A stretch of DNA of 64,000 bases from a bacterium (GCA_963675755.2 CAXXMD010000002.1:2112001-2176000), one strand, 5' to 3'. Counted from the stretch's first letter, positions 42,397 to 51,385 are shown. Notes: generated from the sequence alone by a model not told the origin. Translations and numbers: made by a program.

Positions 42397-42425
42397 AATA
42401 TACTATCAATATGACAAATTGTCAA
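42397..42425 (-). promoter_or_regulatory. sigma70 promoter of uvrB (TTGACA-N17-TATATT) with an overlapping palindrome TGACAA-A-TTGTCA (42412-42424)
   Basis: Minus strand reads TTGACA atttgtcatattgatag TATATT. The inverted repeat overlaps the -35 box. Confidence 0.7.
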
Positions 42426-42434
42426 GCTGTAAGT

Positions 42435-42496
42435 GACCTTGATTTAACCTTGATTAAAAGGATTAGACCATGATTACCATGATAAGAAGGATTAAA
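42435..42496. repeat. Degenerate tandem repeat of 9-11-nt units ending (A/T/G)GATT
   Basis: GACCTTGATT TAACCTTGATT AAAAGGATT AGACCATGATT ACCATGATA AGAAGGATT. Confidence 0.7.
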
Positions 42497-42502
42497 GTCG
42501 GT

Positions 42503-42548
42503 CACTGCCCTTCGATACTCTGCCTACGGCAGATACTCAGGGTCCGTG
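42503..42548. repeat. REP-like palindrome (CCCTTCGATAC-hairpin-TACTCAGGG type)
   Basis: CCCT TCGATAC TCTGCC-TAC-GGCAGA TACTC AGGG: an inner hairpin plus outer CCCT/AGGG arms. Confidence 0.65.
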
Positions 42549-42570
42549 CCCGCCGAAGGCCCGATTCCTT

Positions 42571-42596
42571 GTACGGGCGGACCTGCGTGTCTGCCC
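42571..42596 (+). repeat. REP element copy 1 (GTAC + GGGCGGAC-N6-GTCTGCCC)
   Basis: Tetranucleotide plus imperfect palindrome, the REP architecture; 23/26 identical to the copy at 42829-42854. Confidence 0.75.
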
Positions 42597-42602
42597 CCAG
42601 AT

Positions 42603-42660
42603 CGCCGGGTGCATTTACGCCCGGCGGAACATTACTCAGGACTTGAGTCCTGAAAAGAAC
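42603..42660 (-). repeat. Two adjacent REP-like hairpins, each preceded by GTTC on the minus strand
   Basis: CGCCGGGTG-CATTTA-CGCCCGGCG (42603-42626) and TCAGGACT-TG-AGTCCTGA (42636-42653). Confidence 0.65.
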
Positions 42661-42662
42661 AC

Positions 42663-42775
42663 TGTCTGAATTATGATACTTGAGATTAAAAGATGATAGG
42701 ATTGCAACCATTACTCCTTATCCCCCCCTCTCTCATCCTATTAATCCTCAAATCCTACCCATCCTAATTCAGACA
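42663..42775. repeat. MITE-like element with 15-bp inverted ends and internal ATCCT/AGGAT periodic repeats
   Basis: TGTCTGAATTATGAT (42663-42677) versus ATCCTAATTCAGACA (42761-42775) is a 14/15 inverted match; ATCCT recurs at 42735, 42744, 42752 and 42761. Confidence 0.7.
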
Positions 42776-42781
42776 AAAGCC

Positions 42782-42812
42782 TCTCATTCCCAGGCAGAGC
42801 CCGGGAACGAGA
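42782..42812. repeat. REP-like palindrome (CTCGTTCCC-GGC-type)
   Basis: TCTCATTCCCAGGC-AGA-GCCCGGGAACGAGA; a 14-bp stem with two G-U pairs on the minus strand. Confidence 0.7.
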
Positions 42813-42828
42813 AACAGGATATTTCCAT

Positions 42829-42854
42829 GTACGGGCTGACCTGTGTGTCCGCCC
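42829..42854 (+). repeat. REP element copy 2 (GTACGGGCTGACCTGTGTGTCCGCCC)
   Basis: Direct repeat of 42571-42596 with 3 mismatches. Confidence 0.75.
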
Positions 42855-42965
42855 TCCCTCATTTCACCAATCCCTAAATCCTGTACATCTGGATCCATCC
42901 CCAAGAAAATCACTTGATTCCTACCCGCAAAATGCTAATTTATAACCGTGCTGTGAACGGTTTCA

Positions 42966-42981
42966 TGGCATATTCCTTGCA
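42966..42981 (+). promoter_or_regulatory. sigma54 (-24/-12) promoter candidate upstream of the GHL10 gene
   Basis: TGGCATATTCCTTGCA matches TGGCAC-N5-TTGCW with exact GG-N10-GC spacing. Confidence 0.6.
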
Positions 42982-43024
42982 AAATTATCCACATTCGGTA
43001 TTTCTTGTCTTGATGTTGTAAATA

Positions 43025-45418
43025 ATGAACCAGAATTGTTACGTTAACAGACTGATTAAAAAGAAATTATACCCAATGCGCAACATGAACCGTCACCACC
43101 TGTTTTCTGTCATTTTCCTGTTTTTTCTCCTGGTCGGGAGTAATTTACCCGCACAGGATGGGCAAACCCGCGCCCTGTGGGTAACCCGCTGGGACTATCA
43201 ATCATCCGACGATATCAAACAGATCATGCGCAACGCCAGCGCCTATCATTTCAATACCATCCTGTTTCAGGTACGAGGCACCGGTACGGTAGCCTATCCC
43301 TCAAACCTCGAGCCATGGTCAGCCGAGTTTAACCATTCCGATCCCGGTTGGGACCCCCTTCAGCTTGCGCTCGAACTGGCGCACGGATATGATATGGAAC
43401 TGCACGCCTGGATCAACGTCTATCCCGGTTGGGGCGGCAAACAAGCACCAGAAGATCCCAATCAGCTATACAACAGTCACAAAGACTGGTTCATGACCGA
43501 TCAGGCCGGTAATCCCCAGGCACTGAACAGCCACTATGTATGGCTCTCCCCCACGCATCCGCTGGTACAAAAACATATTCTCAATCTGTGCAGGGAAATC
43601 TATTCCCGCTACAACATTGATGGCATTCATCTCGACTATTTCAGATATCCCGGTCCCGGATTTTCTTATGATCCGGCATCCATTAAAATATTTCAGTTTA
43701 AAACCGGGCACACCCCGGATGAGGTTCCATATACCTGGAACAAATGGCGTCGCAATAACATCAGTCTGCTGTTGGCAAAACTGCACAGGGCGCTCAAAGA
43801 GCACAATCCCGAAATGATTCTTAGCGCATCGGTTGTAGGCAATTACAGTCGCGGATACAACATGTTTTTTCAGGACAGCCACGGCTGGCTCGCTAACAAT
43901 ATCGTCGATGCGGTTTACCCCATGGTCTACACATCCGACTCTTTACTCTTTCGCAACTGGACCACCCAGCATCTGTTCAATACGCACGATCGACATATAT
44001 ACCCCGGTATTCTGATCAATTCTCCCGACCAAATGGCAGACCAGATTCGTATTTCCAACACGCTCAATACAAAAGGACTTGCACTGTTCTCGTACGGCAA
44101 GCTGTTCCCTTCACACTTTCCGGATCCGGTTTACACCCAAAAGCTTGAAGCAGCCTTTGGTCCCTCTACCCGACCCGCTTCCCTGCCATGGAAAGCCTAT
44201 GCCGGAGATTCGCAAGGTCCTGTTATTTCAGAGATCAAAACCATCCCCGCCTCGCTCGATGACCATACAAAGTTTAAAATTGCCGCATATATTACAGATC
44301 CATCCGGTGTTTATGACGACAAAACCGGTCCCGAAGGCCAGGGCATTTACCTGATCTTTGACCGGCAATGGCCCCCCAAAGAGGGTCAGCAATACAAAAT
44401 GAGCCGGGTTAAAAAATCTGACAACTGGTACATAACAGACAAGTCCATACCCCCGCAAAGTATAGGACTCGATTTCCGTTGCAGAATTTTCGCATGGGAT
44501 GATTATCACGAATCGGCCAATCACCCCAAACGCAATTTGGGATACAGCGATATCTGGTCTTTTTCAATCCTGAAAACTGACGATCATTATATTTCCAAAG
44601 GCAAATGGGGACCGTCACTATGGCGGCCAACATCGCTCGCTATCGATACGCAGCAAAACATCTGGATTGGCGGCATCAGCGAGAATCCGGTCACCGTGTT
44701 ACAGCAAAATGGTGAACCCGCGTCATTCTCGCCCATCACGGAAGCGCTGAACGAATACGGCAATCCCCTGCAATTACAATCCGTTTCATGCCTTACATAT
44801 TCTGGCAACGGATACATTTATGCGCTGGATTCTGATAATCCCGGTCTCATACTCCGCTTTTTTACCAGAAACGGTATTGCAGATACAGCCTGGGTAACTG
44901 ATTATCCCGCAAGCGCACTCGATTGTGATGATCAAGGTAATATATACTTACTCGAAAGTCGTACTGCCAAATGGCATGTGCTGAACAAGCAAGGTGTTGA
45001 ATTGAAAAATAGTCCCTTTGGACAAGGACATTATGGACATGACATTGCCGTGCTAAGAGATGGCTCTGCGGTATTTATAAACGATCTGTCTACCAATTCC
45101 GTACAGCAATGGAACGGTGCCGTAGAAGGCGAATACGCGCGTTTCTGGCAAAGTGATGATCTGCCGGCAGTAGATCTGGATGTGGGTAGAATTACATCAA
45201 AATCAAACTTTGTATATGTCTCGCACAGTCAAAGGGGAATTATTACCATCTATAGCAGAGCAGGCTACCCTGTAACGCACCTGACCGGCGGAACACCGCC
45301 ATTATATGCGCCAATGGATATTGCAATATCCAAGGATGGATCAACACTATATGTTTTGGAAGCTCCGGGGAACGGACCGTCTCAATTGATTAAATGGAGT
45401 AAACAGGCAGGTAATTAA
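43025..45418 (+). CDS. Family 10 glycosyl hydrolase-like (GHL10/DUF187) secreted protein with a C-terminal beta-propeller
   Basis: Motifs RALWVTRW, FQVRGTG..AYPS.LEPW, WDPL, ELHAWIN, DGIHLDYFRYP and QD..GWL...PMVY; NHL/SGL-like repeats at the C-terminus. The start may be 43076 or 43085. Confidence 0.85.
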   Translation: MNQNCYVNRLIKKKLYPMRNMNRHHLFSVIFLFFLLVGSNLPAQDGQTRALWVTRWDYQSSDDIKQIMRNASAYHFNTILFQVRGTGTVAYPSNLEPWSAEFNHSDPGWDPLQLALELAHGYDMELHAWINVYPGWGGKQAPEDPNQLYNSHKDWFMTDQAGNPQALNSHYVWLSPTHPLVQKHILNLCREIYSRYNIDGIHLDYFRYPGPGFSYDPASIKIFQFKTGHTPDEVPYTWNKWRRNNISLLLAKLHRALKEHNPEMILSASVVGNYSRGYNMFFQDSHGWLANNIVDAVYPMVYTSDSLLFRNWTTQHLFNTHDRHIYPGILINSPDQMADQIRISNTLNTKGLALFSYGKLFPSHFPDPVYTQKLEAAFGPSTRPASLPWKAYAGDSQGPVISEIKTIPASLDDHTKFKIAAYITDPSGVYDDKTGPEGQGIYLIFDRQWPPKEGQQYKMSRVKKSDNWYITDKSIPPQSIGLDFRCRIFAWDDYHESANHPKRNLGYSDIWSFSILKTDDHYISKGKWGPSLWRPTSLAIDTQQNIWIGGISENPVTVLQQNGEPASFSPITEALNEYGNPLQLQSVSCLTYSGNGYIYALDSDNPGLILRFFTRNGIADTAWVTDYPASALDCDDQGNIYLLESRTAKWHVLNKQGVELKNSPFGQGHYGHDIAVLRDGSAVFINDLSTNSVQQWNGAVEGEYARFWQSDDLPAVDLDVGRITSKSNFVYVSHSQRGIITIYSRAGYPVTHLTGGTPPLYAPMDIAISKDGSTLYVLEAPGNGPSQLIKWSKQAGN

Positions 45419-46275
45419 CGGGTCATCAACATGGCGCAAGGCAAATTTTGCAAAGCCAGCTCCAGTTGCTGAGGAAACAAACGGTCCCACAAATTCATCC
45501 GACTACGGGGGCCATGCACAATAAACAAATCCGCCATAATTTCACGTGTCAGATCTAACGTTGTTGAACGGCTTTTCTCATTCAAACACCGTGTCTGAAA
45601 ACTGACTCCTTCTGTATCAAACTCGGCAATAAAAGATTTTAGCTTATCATCTTCTTTCTTATAAATTTCTTTGATCTTTTTGGCGTCATTACTCATGGTC
45701 TTTTTATCAGCAAGATCAGGAACGCGAAAAGTATGGGTAAAAAACAGATCACGGGTACCCAACTCTTGTGCAATATTGATTGCAACCTGAACAGCCAGTC
45801 TGGCCTCTTCATCATACTCTACCGCGCAATGAATGCGCTGCAAAGGCATAGGTTTAATCTGGGGTTCTGTCATCAACAGCACGGAACAGGGCGCATGCCG
45901 TGCAATACTTCTTGCCACAGAACCAAGATAATACTTTAAAAATCCCTCTTTTTTCAAAGCACCGGCAACGATTAAATCCGCTTCATATTCTTTGGCCACA
46001 TCAATCAAAACATCAGCAGGATTACCATTCCGCACAAAACAGATTGGCGGGTGTTTTTTGAAATTAGACTGATCAATGGCCTCTTCCAGCTTTATACGTT
46101 GCGAAGCCGTTTCTTCACCTGCATGCACAATAATAGGCCAGGTGCCCAACATTTTTAATAATCGATGAGATTCATTCAATACCGCAGTCAACCTTGGGGA
46201 AAATGCGGCAGCAACAACAGCCCGTTTAAAAACAGGTTCTCCTAATGAATCATTCATATCAAACGGCTCTAACAC
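45415..46275 (-). CDS. Universal stress protein (tandem USP domains)
   Basis: GNPADVLIDVAKEYEADLIVAG...LGSVARSIARHAPCSVL plus a second degenerate USP domain. Confidence 0.88.
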   Translation of the reverse strand: MLEPFDMNDSLGEPVFKRAVVAAAFSPRLTAVLNESHRLLKMLGTWPIIVHAGEETASQRIKLEEAIDQSNFKKHPPICFVRNGNPADVLIDVAKEYEADLIVAGALKKEGFLKYYLGSVARSIARHAPCSVLLMTEPQIKPMPLQRIHCAVEYDEEARLAVQVAINIAQELGTRDLFFTHTFRVPDLADKKTMSNDAKKIKEIYKKEDDKLKSFIAEFDTEGVSFQTRCLNEKSRSTTLDLTREIMADLFIVHGPRSRMNLWDRLFPQQLELALQNLPCAMLMTR

Positions 46276-46657
46276 CCTGGTTCTCCTGAATTAAAATAAA
46301 ACAATAACTTAGCCAATCACGATTCAAAAATCAAGCAGAAAATTCAAGATAAATAAAAATATACCAAAAGATTATGAATTTATCGACGTCATAAAGAAAA
46401 AATATCTACAACATTTATATAATTTTGGTCTAATTGTTGCCGAACCAGTGTATGAAAATCAATACAAAATTTTTAGTTCTTTTAAAAAGCATGAGAACAA
46501 TAAAAAACAATGACTTACACACTTTTAAAATGTGGTAATCCGCAACCTGTTTCCTTTATGGGACAAATAAAATCCAAAATTGATTTTCATGCCACATTTT
46601 TGTATTTGTAGTAAATATGCTGTTATGCATAAAATTATTCCGGGAAGGTATTTTGGT

Positions 46658-49600
46658 ATGCTGCCAAAAGATAAAAGTACTTTATTTAATACGCTCGCTA
46701 ATCAGGTAAATACAGTCGTTTTTATCACTTCTGATTCATTCAAGATCTTGGATCAAAACAAATACGCCAGTGACATGCTGGGCTTGGACATTTCAAACAA
46801 AAAAACTTCATTATTTGATTTCATACCCACACTTTCAGATCATGTAGAACAACTATCAACGCTTGAATATTCATCACTTGAAACCGATTTCATTCGTCCT
46901 GATAAATCTATATGCAAGGCTCAAATTGAAATCAATTCTTTCAAAGACAGAAAAAAAACATATTATATTTTTGTCATCAACAAAGACAATACAAAATCCT
47001 CCGGTTGTGCCTGCAAAGATTTTGATATTGTATTAAATATAACCGGTATTCCTGCGGTAATTATCGAACAGAATTATTCCATCTCGTTGGCCAATCCCGA
47101 GTTTGTCAACTTTTCAGGGTATTCCAAACAGGAAATTGAGGGTAAAAAAACAGTTCTCGATTTTATTTCCAAAAATGATATTAAAAAGCTCAAATCGCTT
47201 ATTAATAAAGATCCTGAATCTGCGTTAAAACTGGAAAACCACGAGCTTTTATTCTACGACAAAGATCGCAATGCTAAAACCATCTATGCATCCATAGACA
47301 CTTTGCCGGAAACCGGGCAAATGGTTGCTTTTTTACGGGACATTAGCCATCACGACACCATTAAAGATTTTTGGGCAAAACAAAAGACCCTTTACAATGC
47401 ATTGATTGACAGTGAAAACACGGGCATTATGATTTTGACCCGGGAAAATAATATAAAATTTGTAAATCGAATCATGTCTATCATGCTCGGATACAAAGCT
47501 GATTCGATAGAAGGGAAAAGCTTGTCCGAATTTATGGATAACGATCTGTCAACCAATCCCCGAATTAATCTTTTTGAAAAACCGGAACTTGTTTTAAAAA
47601 CCAAATACGGAAGTAAAAGACATTTCATCGTATCCGTGGCCCAGGTCCAGGAAGATCAGGCCGATGACAAAATGTTAATTCTTACAGATATTACCGAACG
47701 CAAAAATGTTGAAGAAGCGTTAATGATTGAACAGACGTTGATCAGTTCTCTCATAGATAATATTCCGGATACAATATATTTCAAAGATAAAAAAAGCAGA
47801 TTTATCAAGATCAATAAATCCCATGCCAAAATAATGGGCCTTGAGAATCCACGCGATGCAGTAGGCAAAACCGATTTCGATTTCTTTCCACAAAACGATG
47901 CAGAAAAATACATTCAAGACGAGCAAAAGATCCTCCAGGAAAATAAACCACTGGTTGACAGAGTAGAAAGAGTGCTCCATGCGGATGGATCGTATCACTG
48001 GTACTCTACAATCAAAATCCCTCTGGTTATCAACGGACAGGTATCTGGAATTGTTGGCTTGTCTCGTGATATTACAGAAATTAAAGAAATGAGTAATGAA
48101 CTCGGTAAAAAGAACAAAGAACTTGATATCGCTCTGGCAAAAGCAGAAACGGCCACTCAGGCCAAAACGGACTTTTTAGCCAATATGAGTCACGAAATCC
48201 GCACACCCATGAACGGTGTAATCGGTATGACCAGCCTCCTGTTGGAAACTGAACTAACCAACGAGCAAAAAGATTATTTGGAAACCATTCGTAACGGTGG
48301 CAATGCCCTGCTGGTCTTAATTAATGATATCCTTGATTATTCAAAGATTGAATCCGGCAAACTTGATCTTGAATACCGTGAATTTGACCTCAGAGAACGC
48401 ATCGAAGAATCATTGGACCTTCAGGCTGCAAATGCAACCCAAAAAGGTCTTGAACTTGCCTACCTCATTGACGACAATACTCCAACCAATCTCATTGGTG
48501 ACGAGTTGCGTTTAGGGCAAATTCTGAACAATCTGTTAAGCAATGCGATTAAATTCACCCGTGAAGGTGAAGTTGTTGTACATGTGAGTGCTGAAAAACA
48601 GGGACATAATAATTTTAAATATACTTTTGCAGTCAAAGACACTGGTATAGGTATACCTCAGGACCGAATGGATCGTCTTTTTAAATCATTCAGCCAGGTA
48701 GATACTTCAACTACACGTAGATACGGTGGAACAGGCCTGGGTCTTGCTATCAGCAAACGCCTTTCCGAATTGATGAAAGGTAAAATGTGGGTCGAAAGTA
48801 TTGTCAACAAGGGATCAACCTTTTTCTTTTCAATCCAGGCAGAAACACGTGAACCCAGACCCAAAGTTTTTGTTAAAAGTGCAACTTCAAAATTAAAAGA
48901 TAAACGGTTATTGATTGTAGATGATAACCAAACCAACCGCACTATTCTTACAAAACTTGCAGAAAACTGGCAAATGCTGCCACAAAATGCCGAGTCAGCA
49001 GAAGAAGCTCTCAGATTGCTTCGCAAAGGATATTTTTATGACCTGGCAATTCTTGATATGCAGATGCCGGAAATGGACGGGCTGGAACTGGCTAAAATCA
49101 TCAAATCCGATCCCGACACTCGCAATATGCCATTATTTATGCTTACATCAATCGGCTGGAAAAGTGAAGAATTTGAAAAAGAGGGCATTCATTTACAGGG
49201 AATTATGTCAAAGCCGGTAAAACAAAACCACCTTTATAATGCCCTGGTCGATCTTTTTAAACAGAAACAAACAGTATCACCCAGAACAACAAAAACCGAA
49301 AAATCAAAAATAGATCCCAACATGGGAAATTGGCTGCCGCTAAGCATACTGGTTGCTGAAGACAATCCGGTAAACCAAAAGCTGATCATCCGGTTATTAA
49401 ACAAAATGGGCTACAAGCCGGATATCGTACACAATGGTCTGGAAGCCATCATGGCACTTGAAAGAACTACTTACAATGTCATTCTTATGGATGTTCAAAT
49501 GCCTGAAATGGACGGATTGGAAGCTACCCGTATAATTAAAGAAAAGTTCCCTAACGGCAGCAGACCCCTTATTATTGCCATGACAGCGAATGCAATGCAG

Positions 49601-49711
49601 GGTGACAGGGAAAAGTGTATAGATGCAGGCATGGATGATTATGTCAGTAAACCTATTGACATTTCTGAACTGACCAACGCCTTGTTTAAATGTAAAATAT
49701 CTGTCAATTGA
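46658..49711 (+). CDS. Cytoplasmic multi-PAS hybrid histidine kinase with two receiver domains
   Basis: About 4 PAS domains; His[17 protein letters not shown]; HATPase NAIKFT, DTGIGI and GGTGLGL; receiver domains [14 protein letters not shown] and [14 protein letters not shown]. Confidence 0.93.
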   Translation: MLPKDKSTLFNTLANQVNTVVFITSDSFKILDQNKYASDMLGLDISNKKTSLFDFIPTLSDHVEQLSTLEYSSLETDFIRPDKSICKAQIEINSFKDRKKTYYIFVINKDNTKSSGCACKDFDIVLNITGIPAVIIEQNYSISLANPEFVNFSGYSKQEIEGKKTVLDFISKNDIKKLKSLINKDPESALKLENHELLFYDKDRNAKTIYASIDTLPETGQMVAFLRDISHHDTIKDFWAKQKTLYNALIDSENTGIMILTRENNIKFVNRIMSIMLGYKADSIEGKSLSEFMDNDLSTNPRINLFEKPELVLKTKYGSKRHFIVSVAQVQEDQADDKMLILTDITERKNVEEALMIEQTLISSLIDNIPDTIYFKDKKSRFIKINKSHAKIMGLENPRDAVGKTDFDFFPQNDAEKYIQDEQKILQENKPLVDRVERVLHADGSYHWYSTIKIPLVINGQVSGIVGLSRDITEIKEMSNELGKKNKELDIALAKAETATQAKTDFLANMSHEIRTPMNGVIGMTSLLLETELTNEQKDYLETIRNGGNALLVLINDILDYSKIESGKLDLEYREFDLRERIEESLDLQAANATQKGLELAYLIDDNTPTNLIGDELRLGQILNNLLSNAIKFTREGEVVVHVSAEKQGHNNFKYTFAVKDTGIGIPQDRMDRLFKSFSQVDTSTTRRYGGTGLGLAISKRLSELMKGKMWVESIVNKGSTFFFSIQAETREPRPKVFVKSATSKLKDKRLLIVDDNQTNRTILTKLAENWQMLPQNAESAEEALRLLRKGYFYDLAILDMQMPEMDGLELAKIIKSDPDTRNMPLFMLTSIGWKSEEFEKEGIHLQGIMSKPVKQNHLYNALVDLFKQKQTVSPRTTKTEKSKIDPNMGNWLPLSILVAEDNPVNQKLIIRLLNKMGYKPDIVHNGLEAIMALERTTYNVILMDVQMPEMDGLEATRIIKEKFPNGSRPLIIAMTANAMQGDREKCIDAGMDDYVSKPIDISELTNALFKCKISVN

Positions 49712-49742
49712 AAGATTGTTTAATAATTAATAGAGGACTAAA

Positions 49743-50129
49743 ATGCACACAGATCATGTTTTGAACGTTGAAGAGTTATATGAACGTGTAGCAGGTGACG
49801 AAGAACTGCTCCAGGAAATCATAGAATTATTCATGGAAGACTATCAAGAGCATTTGGACAATATCAACACGGCAATAAAAATGGATGATGCAGATGCACT
49901 GACAAAAGCTGCACATACATTAAAAGGTGCAGTGGCAACTTTTGCTGCAGCTAAAGCCAAAGAAGCCGCGTTTGTTCTTGAAAAAATGGGAAGAAACAAT
50001 GATCTCACCGGGGGCTTGGAAGCATATCAAACACTGGTGATCGAGGTTCAGCATTTAAAAGAAGCTTTATCTCAATTTACAATTCCTGAAGAAATAGAAA
50101 AAACTCTGGATCACGAAGCAATATTTTAA
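49743..50129 (+). CDS. Hpt (histidine phosphotransfer) domain protein
   Basis: AAHTLKGA motif in a helical bundle, directly after the hybrid kinase. Confidence 0.9.
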   Translation: MHTDHVLNVEELYERVAGDEELLQEIIELFMEDYQEHLDNINTAIKMDDADALTKAAHTLKGAVATFAAAKAKEAAFVLEKMGRNNDLTGGLEAYQTLVIEVQHLKEALSQFTIPEEIEKTLDHEAIF

Positions 50130-50134
50130 ATAAT

Positions 50135-50162
50135 AAAGCACCGGTATTTAACCGGTGCTTTT
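50135..50162. terminator. Bidirectional intrinsic terminator between the Hpt and ROK genes
   Basis: AAAGCACCGGT-ATTTA-ACCGGTGCTTT(T) between convergent stop codons. Confidence 0.85.
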
Positions 50163-50169
50163 AAATTCT

Positions 50170-51273
50170 CTATTTCGATAATTCGTGCAGGGCAAAGGCA
50201 TAAGCGCCAATAGCCACGGCCTTACTTGTGCCCAAACGGGAAATTCCCACACCTACACGTTTCAGGGGATCGTACAACATTTTGTCATTTGTTCGGGGAA
50301 CCATAATTTCCATAACATCACCTTTTGCAAAAGAATCCATTTCTTTTTCATCTTCAAGGTTAAATGCTCTCGATTCCATACGGTTTACCCATTCACCGGA
50401 ATAAGTTGCCATCTTGCTGTTCAACTCGGCAACAATTCCCGGTAACAACAATTCACTGGCACCAGACAAGCCGCCACCAATTACAATCAATCCATCAATC
50501 AATATAGATGTATTAGCAAGTACATCTCCAACAATCTCTGCAAGTTCGTCAAACGCTTTTACTGCAGCTTGTTTATTACCTTCCATATTCCCTTTGGCTA
50601 TATCAAATATATCACAAGGTTCAGGAGCGTCTTTAATATCTATGCCCACGATTCCGGCATAGGTCCCTTTAACTCCACGAATACTTGCACCCTCTTCTGC
50701 AAATGAATCAAAATGCAGTTTATTGCGCATACTCCAGATCTCAAATCCTGCTGAATTATCACCCAAAAACAATTCACCGTCAGAGACCATACCACCGCCA
50801 AAACCGGTACCCAGGGTAACTCCAAATATATTTTTATACTGCTTGGGGCTTCCCGCCGATTTGAGCTTTTCATTTACCTGTGGCAGCAGACCTGCAATGG
50901 CTTCACCATAAACAAACAGGTCCCCATCATTATTAATAAATACAGGTACATTGAATAACGATTCAAGCATAGGTCCCAACGCAACACCCCCGCGAAATCC
51001 CGGTAGATTCACCAGATCACCAATAATTCCATTGGGATAATCTGCAGGTCCGGGAAACGCAAAGCTGATTGCCGCGGGTTTCTGCTCCAGTTTGGATTGG
51101 AGCTGGGTAAATCCTTCAATTATCGTATCCAGACATTTTTCAAGATCATGCGCATTGGATGGCAGTCTCAAGGGTCCGGCAACCTCCTTGTTTCCCTGAA
51201 TTGCGGAAAAAACAAAATTGGTGCCTCCGGCATCCAGCGTCATGACGATCCGTTTATCGTCATCATATTTCAT
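50170..51273 (-). CDS. ROK family sugar kinase
   Basis: Motifs LDAGGTN, FPGPADY..G, INNDGD...GEA, TLGTGFGGG and IGGGL; no N-terminal HTH. Confidence 0.9.
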   Translation of the reverse strand: MKYDDDKRIVMTLDAGGTNFVFSAIQGNKEVAGPLRLPSNAHDLEKCLDTIIEGFTQLQSKLEQKPAAISFAFPGPADYPNGIIGDLVNLPGFRGGVALGPMLESLFNVPVFINNDGDLFVYGEAIAGLLPQVNEKLKSAGSPKQYKNIFGVTLGTGFGGGMVSDGELFLGDNSAGFEIWSMRNKLHFDSFAEEGASIRGVKGTYAGIVGIDIKDAPEPCDIFDIAKGNMEGNKQAAVKAFDELAEIVGDVLANTSILIDGLIVIGGGLSGASELLLPGIVAELNSKMATYSGEWVNRMESRAFNLEDEKEMDSFAKGDVMEIMVPRTNDKMLYDPLKRVGVGISRLGTSKAVAIGAYAFALHELSK

Positions 51274-51385
51274 TTGTATAGCACTCCTTTACCTTTGCTT
51301 GGTGTTTATAAAAAGCCGGAAAAAATCCCGGTCAAAATTCACATTAAATAATAATTTACAGAAAATTAGTACCCAATTTTATAAA

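Noticed and set aside
42502-42877. Short ORFs 42502-42711 (-) and 42680-42877 (+)
   Set aside because: They are translations through the palindromic repeats, with no RBS and no recognisable domain.
42435-42900. Possible CRISPR array
   Set aside because: The repeats belong to different families, are irregularly spaced, have no constant repeat-spacer period, and no cas genes are present.
46597-46614. Second sigma54 promoter on the minus strand (TGGCATGAAAATCAA)
   Set aside because: It lacks the -12 GC at the required spacing.
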